In this document: piece after piece, positions 19,626 to 31,900 of the stretch
How the letters are laid out: every line of letters starts with the position of its first letter
Numbering within the stretch: the stretch's first letter is position 1
Origin: Candidatus Hydrogenedentota bacterium
GTDB taxonomy: Bacteria; Hydrogenedentota; Hydrogenedentia; Hydrogenedentales; SLHB01
Length of the DNA stretch: 64,000 nt
Direction of reading: 5' to 3'
Assembly (NCBI GenBank): GCA_963745075.1
Contig: CAVUWV010000009.1
Coordinates: 234,351 to 298,350 of the forward strand
Made by a program: the position numbers and the translations under genes
Notes under the pieces: model-generated
What the model was told of the DNA's origin: nothing
Databases searched by the model: none
Seen by the model: only the letters and a program-made list of their open reading frames with translations

Positions 19626-21782
19626 CTATTCTTTTTCCGCGATCAATCCGTGGTACCGGCCCATCCAATAAGGCAGGAGATAAGCGGCGCCGTCGCTCTC
19701 GTTGCGCCCGTCTCCATCCGCGTCCGGCTCGTATGGGTCTCCGTTCCACTTCTCGAACGTCCGCTCATCTACGGGCAGCACGCGGTCCAGCACGGGCTCA
19801 TCGAAGCGGTTGGGCCGTTCGGCGAAATGGACGTCGTCGCGCTCGCTGTTGATCACGCCCCATTGACGCCGGTCCGTGGGAATGCGCTTCAATTGCTCGA
19901 TGGCGGGTAGGAGGTCGGTTTCATTGGGCGCAATGGTGGCGAAGACGAACGCATAAAAGCTGGGCCGTTTCGGCGCCACGATCTTGTAGTGCCGCCGCAC
20001 CGCCAGGTGGAGAGCCTCGCTCAACACCGGGTCCTTCTCCAACTGGAGAATGGGATACCACGCCACAAACCCGAGTTGGTCGTCCGAGTGATTGTACTCG
20101 TCGGGAAACACCTTCTTGGAAAGTAGCACGTTGTCCAGGTACCCGTGCTTGTAGATTAGCTTGCGGTAGTGCTCGTCGTACTTCTTGTCGCCCGTCACGT
20201 AATCGGCGACCTTGAGAAACGAGAGCATTTGCAGCGAGTTCAGGCCGTGTTCGAGATAATGTTCGGGATTTCCGTTCAGCGCCTCCGGATTCCAGAATCC
20301 CCACCTTGTGCGCTCGCCGTCCCAGTCGATCAATTGATAGTTGTGATCCACGATATAGTCGGTAACGGCACGCACGTGCTTTTCAAGAAGCGCGCGTTCT
20401 TCGGGATCGTATTGCGCGATATGTTCAAAATACGTGTAGAACGCAAGGTAATGACCGTCGATCTCATCGCTCGACGTGTCACTCTTCCAGTAGCGCTTTC
20501 CGTCGGGAGTCGGCCGCCACTGCCGTTTCGCTTCCGGCTTATCGGCGTCCTTCTTTTTCCCAATGTCCGCCGGCACCACGCTTCGGGCGACCAGCCCCGG
20601 AGTTCCCGAAGCGTCTTCAAGCATGTAAAGCGCGTGCATGCCTTCCCGTGCTGACGCCTTGGCGGCCTCGTCATGCGTTGCGCCATAATCAAGGGACATG
20701 GCGGCCACGTGATAGGCCGTCCACAAACCGTCGTTGTCGTTGTCGGAAATGGTGTAGTCGGTGGGATGAACGGCGTCGTCCAGCGTGCACGCGGCCACCA
20801 GACCCAGACGCCGATGGCGTTCGTTCACCAAGCGCTCGATCGTCTCCGCACGCTTCAGCAGCGTCGTCGTCGTCGCATCCAGGCGCCCCAGACCGGCGTT
20901 GGTCCACGTGAAGACACTCTTACCGTCCTCCGTCACCGCCACCGCACGAACTTCGTCGCCGGGCACATAGCGCAGCCCCTCTCGATAAAACCACTGTCGG
21001 CCACGCTCGTACGGGCGATACTGAATCAGGCCCCGGTCGGTGCCAATCCAAAGCCGGTCGCGCCCATCAACAGCCAATGAAGTGATGGCCTCGACAGGGA
21101 GCCCATCCTTGCCGCGCAAGGTCGTCCAAGAGCCGTCGTGACGGCGAAGGCTCAACCCGAGCTTCGTTCCGATCCACAACGTGCCTTGGGAATCGTTGGT
21201 CAGGGCCGTGATCTCGGTGGATGCAGGACCGTTATCGCCATAGTGAGGGTAGCGAACCGGCTTCTGACGAGGTGCCGCGCGATGCAGGCCTTGTCCGTCG
21301 GAAAACCAGATAACCTCGTCTTGCAGCGCGAACGCCGTCAGTTCGTTGTCTTTTGCGACCCGCTGCACTTCCGTCCACGCACTGTCGGGAATGCGACCGA
21401 GATATCGTTGGAGTTGAACGTCTGCTTCCACACGCGAGGAATCGGGCGCGATGGATTCGTTTGTCCGGTTCCAGGTCCCGGACGAATCGTGTTCGAAGAT
21501 GCCGTCAGCCGTTGCGGCGAGCAGCGCGCCGTCGCCGTTCACACCCAGCGCAAGGACTTCCCCGCCGGGGCCGCTGACGTCGAAGTCCCGCACCTGCTCT
21601 TCAAACGGCGGCACCACGATGGGGAGTTTCCACGCCGGCGCCGTCTCCGGATCGCGGACCAGATGTTCTTTCGCGTTGATTCCCGGCACTACATTGGAAA
21701 GCGGCGGTGCTGGGGTCGCGGCCGGGGCGGCCATGCAACTAAGCATCAATATCGACATGCTGAAGGGTCTAAAATCTAACAT
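19626..21782 (-). CDS. Secreted protein: two-component-regulator-type propeller repeats + C-terminal helical (putative alpha/alpha-barrel) domain
   Basis: ITALTNDSQGTLWIGT and ITSLAVDGRDRLWIGT repeats; acidic motifs DNDNDGLW and WKSDTSSDEIDGH. Confidence 0.6.
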   Translation of the reverse strand: MLDFRPFSMSILMLSCMAAPAATPAPPLSNVVPGINAKEHLVRDPETAPAWKLPIVVPPFEEQVRDFDVSGPGGEVLALGVNGDGALLAATADGIFEHDSSGTWNRTNESIAPDSSRVEADVQLQRYLGRIPDSAWTEVQRVAKDNELTAFALQDEVIWFSDGQGLHRAAPRQKPVRYPHYGDNGPASTEITALTNDSQGTLWIGTKLGLSLRRHDGSWTTLRGKDGLPVEAITSLAVDGRDRLWIGTDRGLIQYRPYERGRQWFYREGLRYVPGDEVRAVAVTEDGKSVFTWTNAGLGRLDATTTTLLKRAETIERLVNERHRRLGLVAACTLDDAVHPTDYTISDNDNDGLWTAYHVAAMSLDYGATHDEAAKASAREGMHALYMLEDASGTPGLVARSVVPADIGKKKDADKPEAKRQWRPTPDGKRYWKSDTSSDEIDGHYLAFYTYFEHIAQYDPEERALLEKHVRAVTDYIVDHNYQLIDWDGERTRWGFWNPEALNGNPEHYLEHGLNSLQMLSFLKVADYVTGDKKYDEHYRKLIYKHGYLDNVLLSKKVFPDEYNHSDDQLGFVAWYPILQLEKDPVLSEALHLAVRRHYKIVAPKRPSFYAFVFATIAPNETDLLPAIEQLKRIPTDRRQWGVINSERDDVHFAERPNRFDEPVLDRVLPVDERTFEKWNGDPYEPDADGDGRNESDGAAYLLPYWMGRYHGLIAEKE

Positions 21783-21876
21783 AAGTGCGTGGCCTTTCAA
21801 TGAGATAAAGGCGAATAACGATCAACCGTTCATAGTTCGCGGCTATGCAAAACCGATGGCCCGCATAAGGTACGCT

Positions 21877-22776
21877 TTATGGGGCTTCGGGAGCAGGTTC
21901 GGTGGCCCCCTCAGCGGGCGCGGGTGTGGTCCCTGTCGATTCTGTCGGCGTGGTTTCTGCCGGAGCGGGCGCGTTCTGATCTGGCGGCGATGTCTCCGGC
22001 GACGCCGCACTATTCACCGTGGAATCCGTAGTAGGGGACAAAGGAAGTTCAATGCTGGAAAGATCGGACGCGGATACATCGGCCGGTGCGAACAATGCGG
22101 GATTCGACTTGCTCAACCGGTCCAGGGCCGCCTGGGCCTCTTGCGCCACGTTGGAATCGGGGAAGACGGTGGTCTGTTCGCGATAGGATTCGATAGCGCC
22201 TTTCAGGTTGTCTTGCTTCTCTTCAACCCGCGCCACGTTGAGCGGCTGCCGCCGGGCCGTGAAACTGGTCGGCCATTTCTGCGTTATCTCGCGATAGGAA
22301 GAGAGGGCTGAATCCAAATCTCCCCCATCTTCCGCAATATAGGCAAGCCCTTCCACAGCATTTGGCACGTACTGCGATTCGGGGTATTCCGTGCGCACCC
22401 GTTCATAAAGTGTCTTCGCCTTGTCGTAGTCTTCCGCCCAAAACGCCGTTTCCGCTGTGACGTACACGATTTCTGCCATGGCCGGATCGGAATCCTTATT
22501 CGCTATCAACGGCTCCAGTGCCGCCAGCCGTTCCTGCGGATCCTCGTTTTCCATGGCTTCCGCATAGGCGGTGTACAGATCGCGCACGACGGCTTCCCGG
22601 TGCGCCCGATACAACATGCCAGCGATCAGACAGGCGACGATAAAGATAACGGCCCCGAGGTAAAGCGCCGGATTCTCCTTAATCTGTTCCACCAAGGCCG
22701 TCAGGTCGCCTTGCGCCTTTGGCTGATCCTCGAAAAGAGACTTTTTCTTCTTCTTTCGTGCCTTCTCCGCTGCCAT
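21877..22776 (-). CDS. Membrane-anchored TPR protein (YfgM/CpoB-like) with Pro/Thr-rich tail
   Basis: Basic N-terminus, one TM helix, TPRs ending YPES, WPTS, FPDS; low-complexity C-terminus. Confidence 0.7.
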   Translation of the reverse strand: MAAEKARKKKKKSLFEDQPKAQGDLTALVEQIKENPALYLGAVIFIVACLIAGMLYRAHREAVVRDLYTAYAEAMENEDPQERLAALEPLIANKDSDPAMAEIVYVTAETAFWAEDYDKAKTLYERVRTEYPESQYVPNAVEGLAYIAEDGGDLDSALSSYREITQKWPTSFTARRQPLNVARVEEKQDNLKGAIESYREQTTVFPDSNVAQEAQAALDRLSKSNPALFAPADVSASDLSSIELPLSPTTDSTVNSAASPETSPPDQNAPAPAETTPTESTGTTPAPAEGATEPAPEAP

Positions 22777-22961
22777 GAAACCTGATCACTCCAAAGTTCT
22801 GTTCAATCGGGAATGAAAGCAACCCATACCAAAAGGCCGCTTGGAATCGCGAATACTGCCAGAAAGTGGGGGGGCTTGGCAACCTTTCTGCCCATAGTTC
22901 CGGCCGTCAGCAGCCCAACTAAACCGACAGACCAATCCTCCGGCGCGTCCCCGATTGCCGT

Positions 22962-23474
22962 TTACAGCATGCGGCCCCATTCCACAATTTGCCAGGTATT
23001 CCCCGTCTTTTCCAGGTACACGTTCATCTGGCCCTGAAGCACCATGGGCGGGTTTTCGTTCGGATTAAACGGCTCGGCGCGGGTGCCGAACGTTTCCACC
23101 GCGCGCGCGCGGTTGCCCTCGACGTATACCTGCGGCTGCACGCGCGTAATGCTGATTTCCTTGTACCGCTTGAACAACTCGTTTAAGTACGTTTGCAGGT
23201 CGTTGTAGTCCCGCCCCTCCGCATCGGCGTACGTGCGCGAAACATGCGCAAGTACTTTATAGATCTTGCGGGACTGCATCCCCCGGTGCACGTCGTCCAG
23301 GACGCCAAGAATCTGTTCCTCGTCACTCAACCGCGGGCCCGTGAGCCCTGGGATTTCCGGAATTTCCACGGGAAGTTCGCGTCCGCACCCGTTCGTCGCA
23401 AGGTACGTAAACGCTAGCAGGAGTGCAATCGCGACGCCAACTCCTCGCGGCGTGCGCTGTCGGACACCGGTCAT
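22962..23474 (-). CDS. Putative lipoprotein, NTF2/SnoaL-like fold
   Basis: Hydrophobic signal ending TNGC; VEGNRARA and LEKTGNTWQIVEW pattern. Confidence 0.55.
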   Translation of the reverse strand: MTGVRQRTPRGVGVAIALLLAFTYLATNGCGRELPVEIPEIPGLTGPRLSDEEQILGVLDDVHRGMQSRKIYKVLAHVSRTYADAEGRDYNDLQTYLNELFKRYKEISITRVQPQVYVEGNRARAVETFGTRAEPFNPNENPPMVLQGQMNVYLEKTGNTWQIVEWGRML

Positions 23475-24019
23475 AGGTTGCCTTCAGGAGTGACGGTAAG
23501 AATCAACTGACGTCCCTTCGTCAGACCAAGGTCCCGAATCGTGACGCTCAACCGCTTGTTGGCTTTCGTGAAGAGCAAATCCGCGCCGTCCGCCTGGATA
23601 ACGTTTTGCAGCTTCCAATCTGCGGTGGGACACTCGCGAATATAGAATTGCGCCAGATCGTTCACGGACGCCTTCGTCGTATACACCATGCGGCCAATCT
23701 GAAGGTCCGCATCTTCATACACAAACGTCTTTTCCAGGTCCTCGTTCACATTTTGCGGCAGCGGCACGTCGGCAAACCGTTGGGACGCAGACAGCGCGAG
23801 TCCCGGTTCCGGGGGCGGTGCTGCGGCCGCCGAAGGCGGCATCGTGTCTCCGTTTTCGACCAATTCCGCCGGCGGCGGCGTGGACGACTTCGCAAAGGGG
23901 TTTCCGGTCTGGCAACCGACCGACACGACCGCGCAAAGCAACACGAGGCCCAACAACCACGGCGTAGCGCGCAGTGAAAAACGAACAGTACGCTGCATCA
24001 CAAGGACCCTTTCTATCAT
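23471..24019 (-). CDS. Hypothetical lipoprotein
   Basis: Lipobox VSVGC, Pro-rich linker, RFADVPLP; GGGGAGG RBS; ATGA overlap with the next gene. Confidence 0.65.
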   Translation of the reverse strand: MIERVLVMQRTVRFSLRATPWLLGLVLLCAVVSVGCQTGNPFAKSSTPPPAELVENGDTMPPSAAAAPPPEPGLALSASQRFADVPLPQNVNEDLEKTFVYEDADLQIGRMVYTTKASVNDLAQFYIRECPTADWKLQNVIQADGADLLFTKANKRLSVTIRDLGLTKGRQLILTVTPEGNL

Positions 24020-24209
24020 CGGTAGCTGCCTCCCCCAAACCGAATACCTGCAACATACCCTAGTTTATATGCGAATCTCGACAAAAGTTCCTGAAGGATA
24101 GGTAGAAGAATACGCCTACAGCGGAGGTCGATCAACAGTGGCTCGTTCTGTGCTTCCTATTCACAGTCACATGTCAACGGGTCGCGCGGAACTTCGCGGC
24201 AAAGACGCC

Positions 24210-25082
24210 TTACACTTGCACCTTCGCGATATGCTCCACGTTGGCGTCGATCTCCTTCGGGTCCAACACGCCGATGGTCATCGCGTCAACGCATCCGAGA
24301 CCCAGCACGAACTGCAACGACTCGGGCAGCCGGTCAGCGGTTTCCCCCTCGCCGGCGATTTTCATCCCCAGAATCGCCTTCCCGTTGTCGTGGGCGGTCT
24401 TCAGCACTGCCGCAACCTCTTCCGGCGTGCCGTCCATCTTGACGCCGAAAGGATTGATGCGCGAAAGCATCACGTCAACCCACTCCGATTCCGCCGCCCG
24501 CTTCATCGCGTCGAGGTTATGACAAGACACGCCGTGGGCGCGGATATACCCCTTGGCTTTGGCCTCGGCCAGTTCATCCATGCAGCTTTCCAGCGTCTCG
24601 GGCCATTTCCCGTCCGTAAGGCAATGGAGCAGACAGATATCCACATACGGGGTGTCGAGTTCTTTCCGGAAGCGCTCTACGTCCGCCCGGATGAGGTTCG
24701 GTTCTCGCGACACGGTCTTGCTCAACAGCATCACGTCTTCGCGTTGTACCGTGTTCTGGATCGCTTGTTTCATGTAGTCGTGGGCGCCGTACATGTCGGC
24801 CATGTCAAAGTATCGAACGCCGGACGCGTAGGCGTGTTCGATCAGAGAAACGAATGCCTTCCGGCCTTTGCGATTCTGCGCGGAACTGCCGTTCCACGCT
24901 TTCGTTCCGGTTCCCATGCCCAGGAGCGAGCACTCGATTCCCGTTTTGCCCAGCGTCCGCTTCTCGCTGGCGGCAAACGTTCCCGCCGCTCGAGCCGTCG
25001 GGCCCAGACTGGCCGCCGCGAGTCCGGCCGCCAGACTCCCCGCCGTCCGTTTCATGAAATCGCGCCGATTCATCCATCGCAT
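24210..25082 (-). CDS. Aldo/keto reductase with Tat signal
   Basis: NRRDFMK Tat motif; RTLGKTG, FDMADMYG, LSKT, LLHC, GYIRAHGVSCH. Confidence 0.9.
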   Translation of the reverse strand: MRWMNRRDFMKRTAGSLAAGLAAASLGPTARAAGTFAASEKRTLGKTGIECSLLGMGTGTKAWNGSSAQNRKGRKAFVSLIEHAYASGVRYFDMADMYGAHDYMKQAIQNTVQREDVMLLSKTVSREPNLIRADVERFRKELDTPYVDICLLHCLTDGKWPETLESCMDELAEAKAKGYIRAHGVSCHNLDAMKRAAESEWVDVMLSRINPFGVKMDGTPEEVAAVLKTAHDNGKAILGMKIAGEGETADRLPESLQFVLGLGCVDAMTIGVLDPKEIDANVEHIAKVQV

Positions 25083-25446
25083 AATTGAGGGGTTCCTTTC
25101 AGCTTCGCTCCATTGTACACGATGGCGAAGCGCGAGCAAAGACGCACAAACACGTTCGCGGAAAGTTGCTAACGTGTGCAAATTACCGTGGTTGCGTCGT
25201 TCAGAAGCTGCGAAACGCCGGATGTTTTCAACAAGGTGTCGACTTCCAGAATCAGGATGATGCTTTCGTCCTGGGCACTGGATGGCGACGTGCACATCAT
25301 TACCCGAACCTTAACCGGAATCCCCCGCCTCCGGTCTTAACCTCCATGCCGGATGCGTGTTTTGATTATACCAGACATCCGCCGATGCCCGGTCGAATAT
25401 TGCGAAAATCGACGGTGGTCGCGTGTTTCGCCTCAGATCGAGGGGC

Positions 25447-26946
25447 TCAGTGCCGAGTGACGCACCAAAACCCGTAGAGTTGCGCGTTCTTCATCCGGAA
25501 CCGGACGACTACCGGTCGGGTAACATCAATCAATGCAGGATCCTCCCAACGCACCGCCGCGTCCAACGAGTCCTCGGAAATCGGCAAGGAATGGGCGATC
25601 GCGTTTTGGCTCTCCGCGTCTAGCAAATTGACCGTGATTTCCCCAAACCGGCTTTCGGCGTTTAGATGGAGTTCGGGACTCGATAGCCGTACCGGAACGG
25701 TTTCAACCGTCCCCTCCGAAAACGGCGCATCCAGCGACACAAACCGATCGAGCGGAATCGTGCCGAAACCGATACCTCCGCCGGGTTCGCCATCGTCGTC
25801 ACCCTGATAGGGGCTGTGCCGGTACGTGCGGCCACCGAAATAGAAGCGCAAATCGTCGCCGACCCGAATCGGCGGATTATTCGCCACCGACGTGTTGAAC
25901 CGGTCCCAGGACCCAATCGCTCCCACCGGGATAAACGGCGTCCGGTCGCCCACCCGCGTGAAGGAAATGCCGTCATGGCTCACCGCGAGTTGGATGTCGA
26001 GATAGCAGGCGTCTTCCTGGTTGTGAAAGATTTGGACAAGGCCGATGTACGCACTTTCGTAAGGGAACACCTGCATGGAGTAGATCTCGGTGCCGGGGAG
26101 ATCGTTGATGTCCGCTGTCATCACGACCGGCGCAGAAGCCGGCGTCTTGAAGCTCCAGTCCCGGAAATCCGGTGACTCCACGCGTGCCACCGCTCGCCCC
26201 CACCAGTATTTCTCGACCCACGGGTCGCCGGACCACGCCGTCTTCAATTCCGGCGGCAAGAACTTGGTGCGACCGTAGAGTACGAAGTTATCCGTGGCGG
26301 GGTCGACCATCCAATACGTGCCACCATCGCAGATGGCCTCCGTCACCCAGCTCTTCTGCAAAGTCCAGTGGATGCCGTCAGGACTCGTGGCCACGCCGAG
26401 ACCCCGGCGCTGGCCCTTATGAAACGGGTCTTCATCAGGTCCGGAATAATCCGGCTGTAGACTCAGATAGCCCATGACGTAGCGAGCATCGGGGTTTTCG
26501 GGTTGGTCCACCTTGTGGACGCCGAACAACTCGTAGAACTGGGGAATGTAATTCGGTGTACCCTCCGTCGCATTCCGATCGATGAGAATATTTGTGTCTT
26601 CTCCGTTAACGAGATGCAGTCCCAGGAGTGGTTTCCTCCACACAATGCCGTCCTCGCTCTCCGCGTAACTCACGCCCGATCCGCCGTGGTACCACATGCG
26701 ATACCGGCCGCCGTCGCGCAGCACAGAACCGTACAGGACCGCCACCTTGCCTTCCCACGATTCCGTCGGCCATAAGACCGGGTTGTGCTCACTCTTCGAG
26801 ACGGGATGGATGGTCCGGCTGACGTTTTCCACCCGCGCCACGACGTGGTCATCGAGAAAAAGCTGTTTCACGGAGGTAACTGGAATGGGTTCTTGCGCCG
26901 AGGCCACCGTTAGCACAAGAACCAATAGGGGAAGCGTACGCATCAT
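25447..26946 (-). CDS. Secreted five-bladed-propeller glycoside-hydrolase-like protein
   Basis: KQLFLDD, HNPVL, YRMWY, YAESEDGIVW, SPDGIHW, SHDGISF repeats; signal peptide. Confidence 0.7.
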   Translation of the reverse strand: MMRTLPLLVLVLTVASAQEPIPVTSVKQLFLDDHVVARVENVSRTIHPVSKSEHNPVLWPTESWEGKVAVLYGSVLRDGGRYRMWYHGGSGVSYAESEDGIVWRKPLLGLHLVNGEDTNILIDRNATEGTPNYIPQFYELFGVHKVDQPENPDARYVMGYLSLQPDYSGPDEDPFHKGQRRGLGVATSPDGIHWTLQKSWVTEAICDGGTYWMVDPATDNFVLYGRTKFLPPELKTAWSGDPWVEKYWWGRAVARVESPDFRDWSFKTPASAPVVMTADINDLPGTEIYSMQVFPYESAYIGLVQIFHNQEDACYLDIQLAVSHDGISFTRVGDRTPFIPVGAIGSWDRFNTSVANNPPIRVGDDLRFYFGGRTYRHSPYQGDDDGEPGGGIGFGTIPLDRFVSLDAPFSEGTVETVPVRLSSPELHLNAESRFGEITVNLLDAESQNAIAHSLPISEDSLDAAVRWEDPALIDVTRPVVVRFRMKNAQLYGFWCVTRH

Positions 26947-26969
26947 CTAATCCTCCGGCCTTGATTCAA

Positions 26970-28980
26970 TTAGTGGACGGTACTGCTCGCCGAGGTTTGG
27001 TCGCAAAATAACGAATCGCCGCGCCGTCCGATCCGCCACGACGCACCGAAAGCCGCCACTTCAAATTCGCAATCCGCGCCTTCAGTAACTTGTACGGCAT
27101 GAATGACAAGATCGGCGGGAACGGTCTTCCCCTCGAATGGCACGAGCAGCGAGACGAACGTCGCGGCGCCGTCGCCGTTGTAGGCATAGCGCACCCACGT
27201 GCGTTCCGTCCGGTGTCCGTACTTCCACGCAAACCAGCCGTCGCGCGTTTCCACCGATACCGGCGCCTTTGGATCCATCCAAATCAGAAGATTCGAATCG
27301 TCGAAACCCGTCGTAACCGTGTGCTGTTCCCTATCTGCGATGACAGCGCCCGGCGCCATTTGAAAATTCAATTCGACCGTTCCATCCGCGGAGCCCAGCG
27401 CCTCGTCGTAGATCACAAGAAACCGATGGCCAACAAACCAGACCGTTCGCCGATGGATCTGCCCCTCATACGAGTTGTTCTCCACGCAGACCGCATCGAA
27501 ACCCGGTTCATTTGCCCACGCGACGAGGTGTCCGTCCACCTTGGTATCCTTGCCGTCCACGGTCAGCGTGTTATGGACCTGCGTCTGGCGGTGCCACGCC
27601 CGGGCTTCCGGGTCGTGGCCGTACGTGTAGTATCCGCTGTCCGTGATCAGCCACCGGCCGCGTGCATATAACTCGAACGTGCCGTTGTCGGGTTGGTCGT
27701 GACCGCTGATGGCGGGTGGCGAACAGTGCAACGCGAAATAGGTTTGCTGCGGTCCCCACGCGTCGCGCAGAAAGTACATCCCCGCCTCGGGAAAGGAGTA
27801 ACTCGTCTGTTCGGGCAGATGGTCGTAATCCAACGTCGCCCGAGCCGCGTATTCCGGATCATTCAGCGTTTCCGACGCCTTCATCAACGTCGAATACAAA
27901 TCCATGGCACTCCGTTTCTCGGGTATCGGGTAGGTACGGCTCGTGTCGCCGAATAGGACGTATCCCAGGTCCGGCGTCGCCATGGCGAACAGGTACTCAT
28001 GCATCAAGCGCACGCGTTCGCGGTAGTCCTCGGGAACCTCGATCCCAAACGACTCCATCCGTCCCATGATCTCGACCGCATCCCGCATCACGCCGCTGTG
28101 ATACCCGCCCGACCATTCGCGCTGAACCCCGTCCGACGTCGTTTGCGCCAGCAGATTCTCCCGCGCCCGCGCCAAGGCCAGCTCCATCCACTCATGCGAT
28201 TCCTTGAACTCCGGGAAGGTGTACGCCACATTCACGAACCCGCGCTGTTCGAAGATGGCCTTGTTGTGCACCTTCCCCATCGGCTCGCGTTCGGTCTTCT
28301 TCTCGTGGTCGTACATGCTCGCCAGGAACACGCCCAGGAATTCCGGCGTGAACGCGTCCGAATGCACCATCACGCGAAACGCTTGGCAAAGGTTGGTCGC
28401 ACGAATCCCCGTCTGGATGTCCAGCCACGGATACCCTTTCCAGATCGTATAGACGGGGTGGGTGACGTTGCGTTTTTCCAGCGGGATGTTTGCGAATCCA
28501 ATCTGCGGTCAAGTCCACGAAAGCTTGCGCGTACTTATCATCGCGCGTCGACCGGTACGCCTCGACCAGTGGCCCGGCCCAATAAAACCGGTACATGGCC
28601 GCCACCCACTCAATATCCCCGCGCGGGTCCCACGCCCAATCGATGTCCTCACCGTACTCGGCCTTTTCGTATGGCCCCCACCGAAAGATGTGATTTACCG
28701 CATCATCAGCTTCCTGCCGGACGCTGTCGGACAGCCCCGATTGGTCGTTGGGCCAAGGGTACGTTTTGCGATAATGTTCTCGAAGAGCGGCGAGAGCCGC
28801 CCTCTTACCGTCACTCTGAAGCGCGGCTTGAACATCAGCCAATTCGGTCCTGGACAGATCAAGGTACTCCAGGACATGCTCCGGCTTCAGGGAGGTGAGG
28901 GAATCCGGTTGCGCATCACACCACGCCGAAACGGTGAACACGCAGCACGCGATGACAGCAATCAATCCGGTCCTGCTCAT
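26970..28980 (-). CDS. Heparinase II/III-family polysaccharide lyase; +1 frameshift at ~28484
   Basis: DGVQREWSGGYH, FPEAGMYFLR, GHDQPDNGTFEL, DSGYYTY, HNTLTVDG; joins 28192..29103 and 26970..28373. Confidence 0.85.
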
Positions 28981-28990
28981 GGTTCCTCCG

Positions 28991-31900
28991 TTATCGCAAT
29001 TTCTCCTGCGGCAGTTCGTTGAGGACGGCCTCAATCGTTTCGGCCAACTCCGCCCGCGCATCCAGCAACGTTTTCGGGTCGTCCGTGAAGGTCTTGTTGT
29101 CAACGACTACATCCGGGTTCACCCCCAGGATCGCTTCAGCACGTTCGCGGAGCGGCTGCGGCAAGCTGTCTCCGGCTTTCGACACCAAATCCCGCAGCAT
29201 CCAGAAATACTCGTAGTCCTCGATGCCGTCGCGGACGATCTCGAACCGGATCGATCCGAGAGGTGTTGCGTCGGGACCGGGGTAGAGGAGATATCCGCAG
29301 CCATTATGGCCGGGTTGGGAGTTCCACGGTATCCAGGGGATCTCCGGCCACCGCTGGTCCGTCGTCATGTTCAAGGCCCAATGCGTGGTGCCCCAATACA
29401 GGAATCCTTCCGCGCCGTACTTCCAGCATTCCCAGAACATGATGCGGTGGTCGGTCGCCGGAAACTCGATCATGATCCCCGGCCGGCCCCACACCGTGTA
29501 GAACCACAGCTTGTCACCCTGTTCCATGCGATCCTTGAGCAACGCCGGATCGAAATGGTCGATGAGCGGACACCACACGTCCGCCACCCCAAGTAGCGCA
29601 TGCTCGGGCGGGCTGGTCTGGAGTCTCGGGATGTCCGGCAACACGGTGTGCACCCACTGGCTGAACTCGACCGCCTGCGGGATCTCCGGCCGGCCCATCA
29701 CGGACAATTCGTCGCGCGTGTACAAATACGCGAGATCCTGCCACCCCTTCGCTTCCAGGATGTCTTCCGTGTCAACCAAGCGTTTCGCAAAATCGGGTCG
29801 TTTCGTTTCCGGCAAATACCCGGGCAACGGCAGAAAGAAACAGTTCATCCCGTGGTCGATGAGGTAGTCGAAATCCTGGATCCGGTCGTCGCCGCCCAGC
29901 GGAAAATCCTTCACCGGCCCGATCCGGTGTTGGAGATGGTAGTCGTACCACCGCTTGCGCACGTCGAACGGTACCCCGTCGGTGAACTTGTAGAACGATG
30001 CCAGTTGTCCTTCACTCATCCACAGCGAGGTCTTGAGATGCGTCTTGTCCGAGAGTGCGAAGTCCCAGACACGCACGTGAAGCGGCAACTCCAACGGGTC
30101 GCAACCGTCCGCTTCCACGCGAATCAATCCTTCATAATCACCCGGCGCCGCGTCGGAAGCTGCGTGAACGGTAATAAAGAACGGCTGTGCATCTTGATCC
30201 ATCGGGATATCGACGGGCGCATCCGGGAACAGCACGTCGGGATAGTATCCCTGCTTCTCCACGTACCAGTTGTATTCACTCGGCCCGATCTTGACGTAGC
30301 CCACTCGGTTCACGACGACGTTTTCGGCCGGGATGACCGCGTCCGCATCGGCTTGATTCAGCGCTCCGACGGAGACCCGAAGATTCTTCAAATCCTTCCA
30401 CAGCGGAACGACGACCAGTTGCGTTCCCTCATACTCGTTTTGCGCCAGCGAGATCGTCTTGTCCCATTGTGGCACTTCTTTCGTCAGGAACGGTTCGTCT
30501 TTGAAGATTTTCTGAAGGGTGGTATCTGGTACCGCAGCAAAGTCTTTCGCATCCGGCGTGTGCGCTGCTGCGCGCACCCGCGCAACGTCTCGGCGCAGAT
30601 CGCGCAACGCTTTGGCCACGGCCGCAGCGGCGTCGTCCTGCTTCTTCCCCGGACCCTCACGGACTATATCCCCCGCGACACCGATGGCGTTCTCCACCGA
30701 TTGTTGTGCATTTTTCAGCGCAGTTGCGGCGCTGGTTTGGAGCTGTTCGTCCTGAAGGCTGGACAACAGCGCGCTGCCTTCCGTACCGAGCCGTTCAAGT
30801 TCCGCCCGTTCCACGGCGAACGGTTTCAGCGTTGTGCCCCGCTCAGCCTCGGCCAATGTTTGTCCGGTCCCCAGGTCGGTGAGACGCAGTCGCAAGCGAT
30901 ACTGCCCGCCCAGATCGGCTACCAGATCGAAGCGGCTGGACACCTCCTCGAAGGGCTCTCTACGACCCGTGACACGATGCGAAACCAGTGACCCGTCCGG
31001 CCGCGTGACCTCCGCAACCGCCTCCAACCGGTGGGGCCGGCGATCGTCATTGGCAAAGGAAAACGTAATGGTGTTGATGCCCAGACCCAGTGGACTGAAA
31101 CGCTGCAAGGTCAGCCGATCCCCCCGAGCTTCCGGCGATGGGGCCGCGGAGGGATGAAACGCCACGCCCGCCGCGTTCCCGGACAACTGGGCGTCATGGT
31201 TCATCATCGGCCAAGGCAACAAATCCGCGTCGGCCTTGCCGCCCAACGTATAGCAGTACACGGAACGATCTTTGCTCGTCACCACGATCTCGATTTTGCC
31301 GTCTCCTTCGAGATCGCCGATGGCCGGCGTCGTAATGATCTCGGTATCGAAGGGGATCGCCCATTCTATCGCGCCGTCCGCGGAATAGCAGAGCAATCGT
31401 TGCGACCGCGAGCACACGAGAATCTCCAGTTCACCGTCGCCGTCCACGTCACCCACAGAAGGTCCTTGAACCACACTCCCGCCCGCGTCCGCCTTCCAAA
31501 CGAGTACGCCGTTATGCAGACGATAGACATTGCCCGGACCGCGCTGCCCGCTGCCGTCCGCGCAGACCACGTCCAAGGTGCCGGACCCGTCAAAATCGAC
31601 CAGCGCGACCCCCGACGTTTGGTCGATCCGGTGTTCGCCTTTCCAACGCCACTCCTCGTCGCCCGTAAACGCGTCCCGGGCGATCACCTGGAAGTCATCC
31701 GTGATCGTGACAACCTCCGGCGTGCCGTCCCCATCCAAGTCGCCGACGGCGGGGCTGCACCAGCGTTCCTTGCGCGGCATGGGCTCGTCGTGCGACCACA
31801 CCACGTCTCCGGTGCTGTTCAGGCAGGCTTCTCGACCCCCGCCGAACGTCGCGTAAATGAGCATCGTGCCGGTTGACGGGTCGGGCGCGACCGCCGGAAT

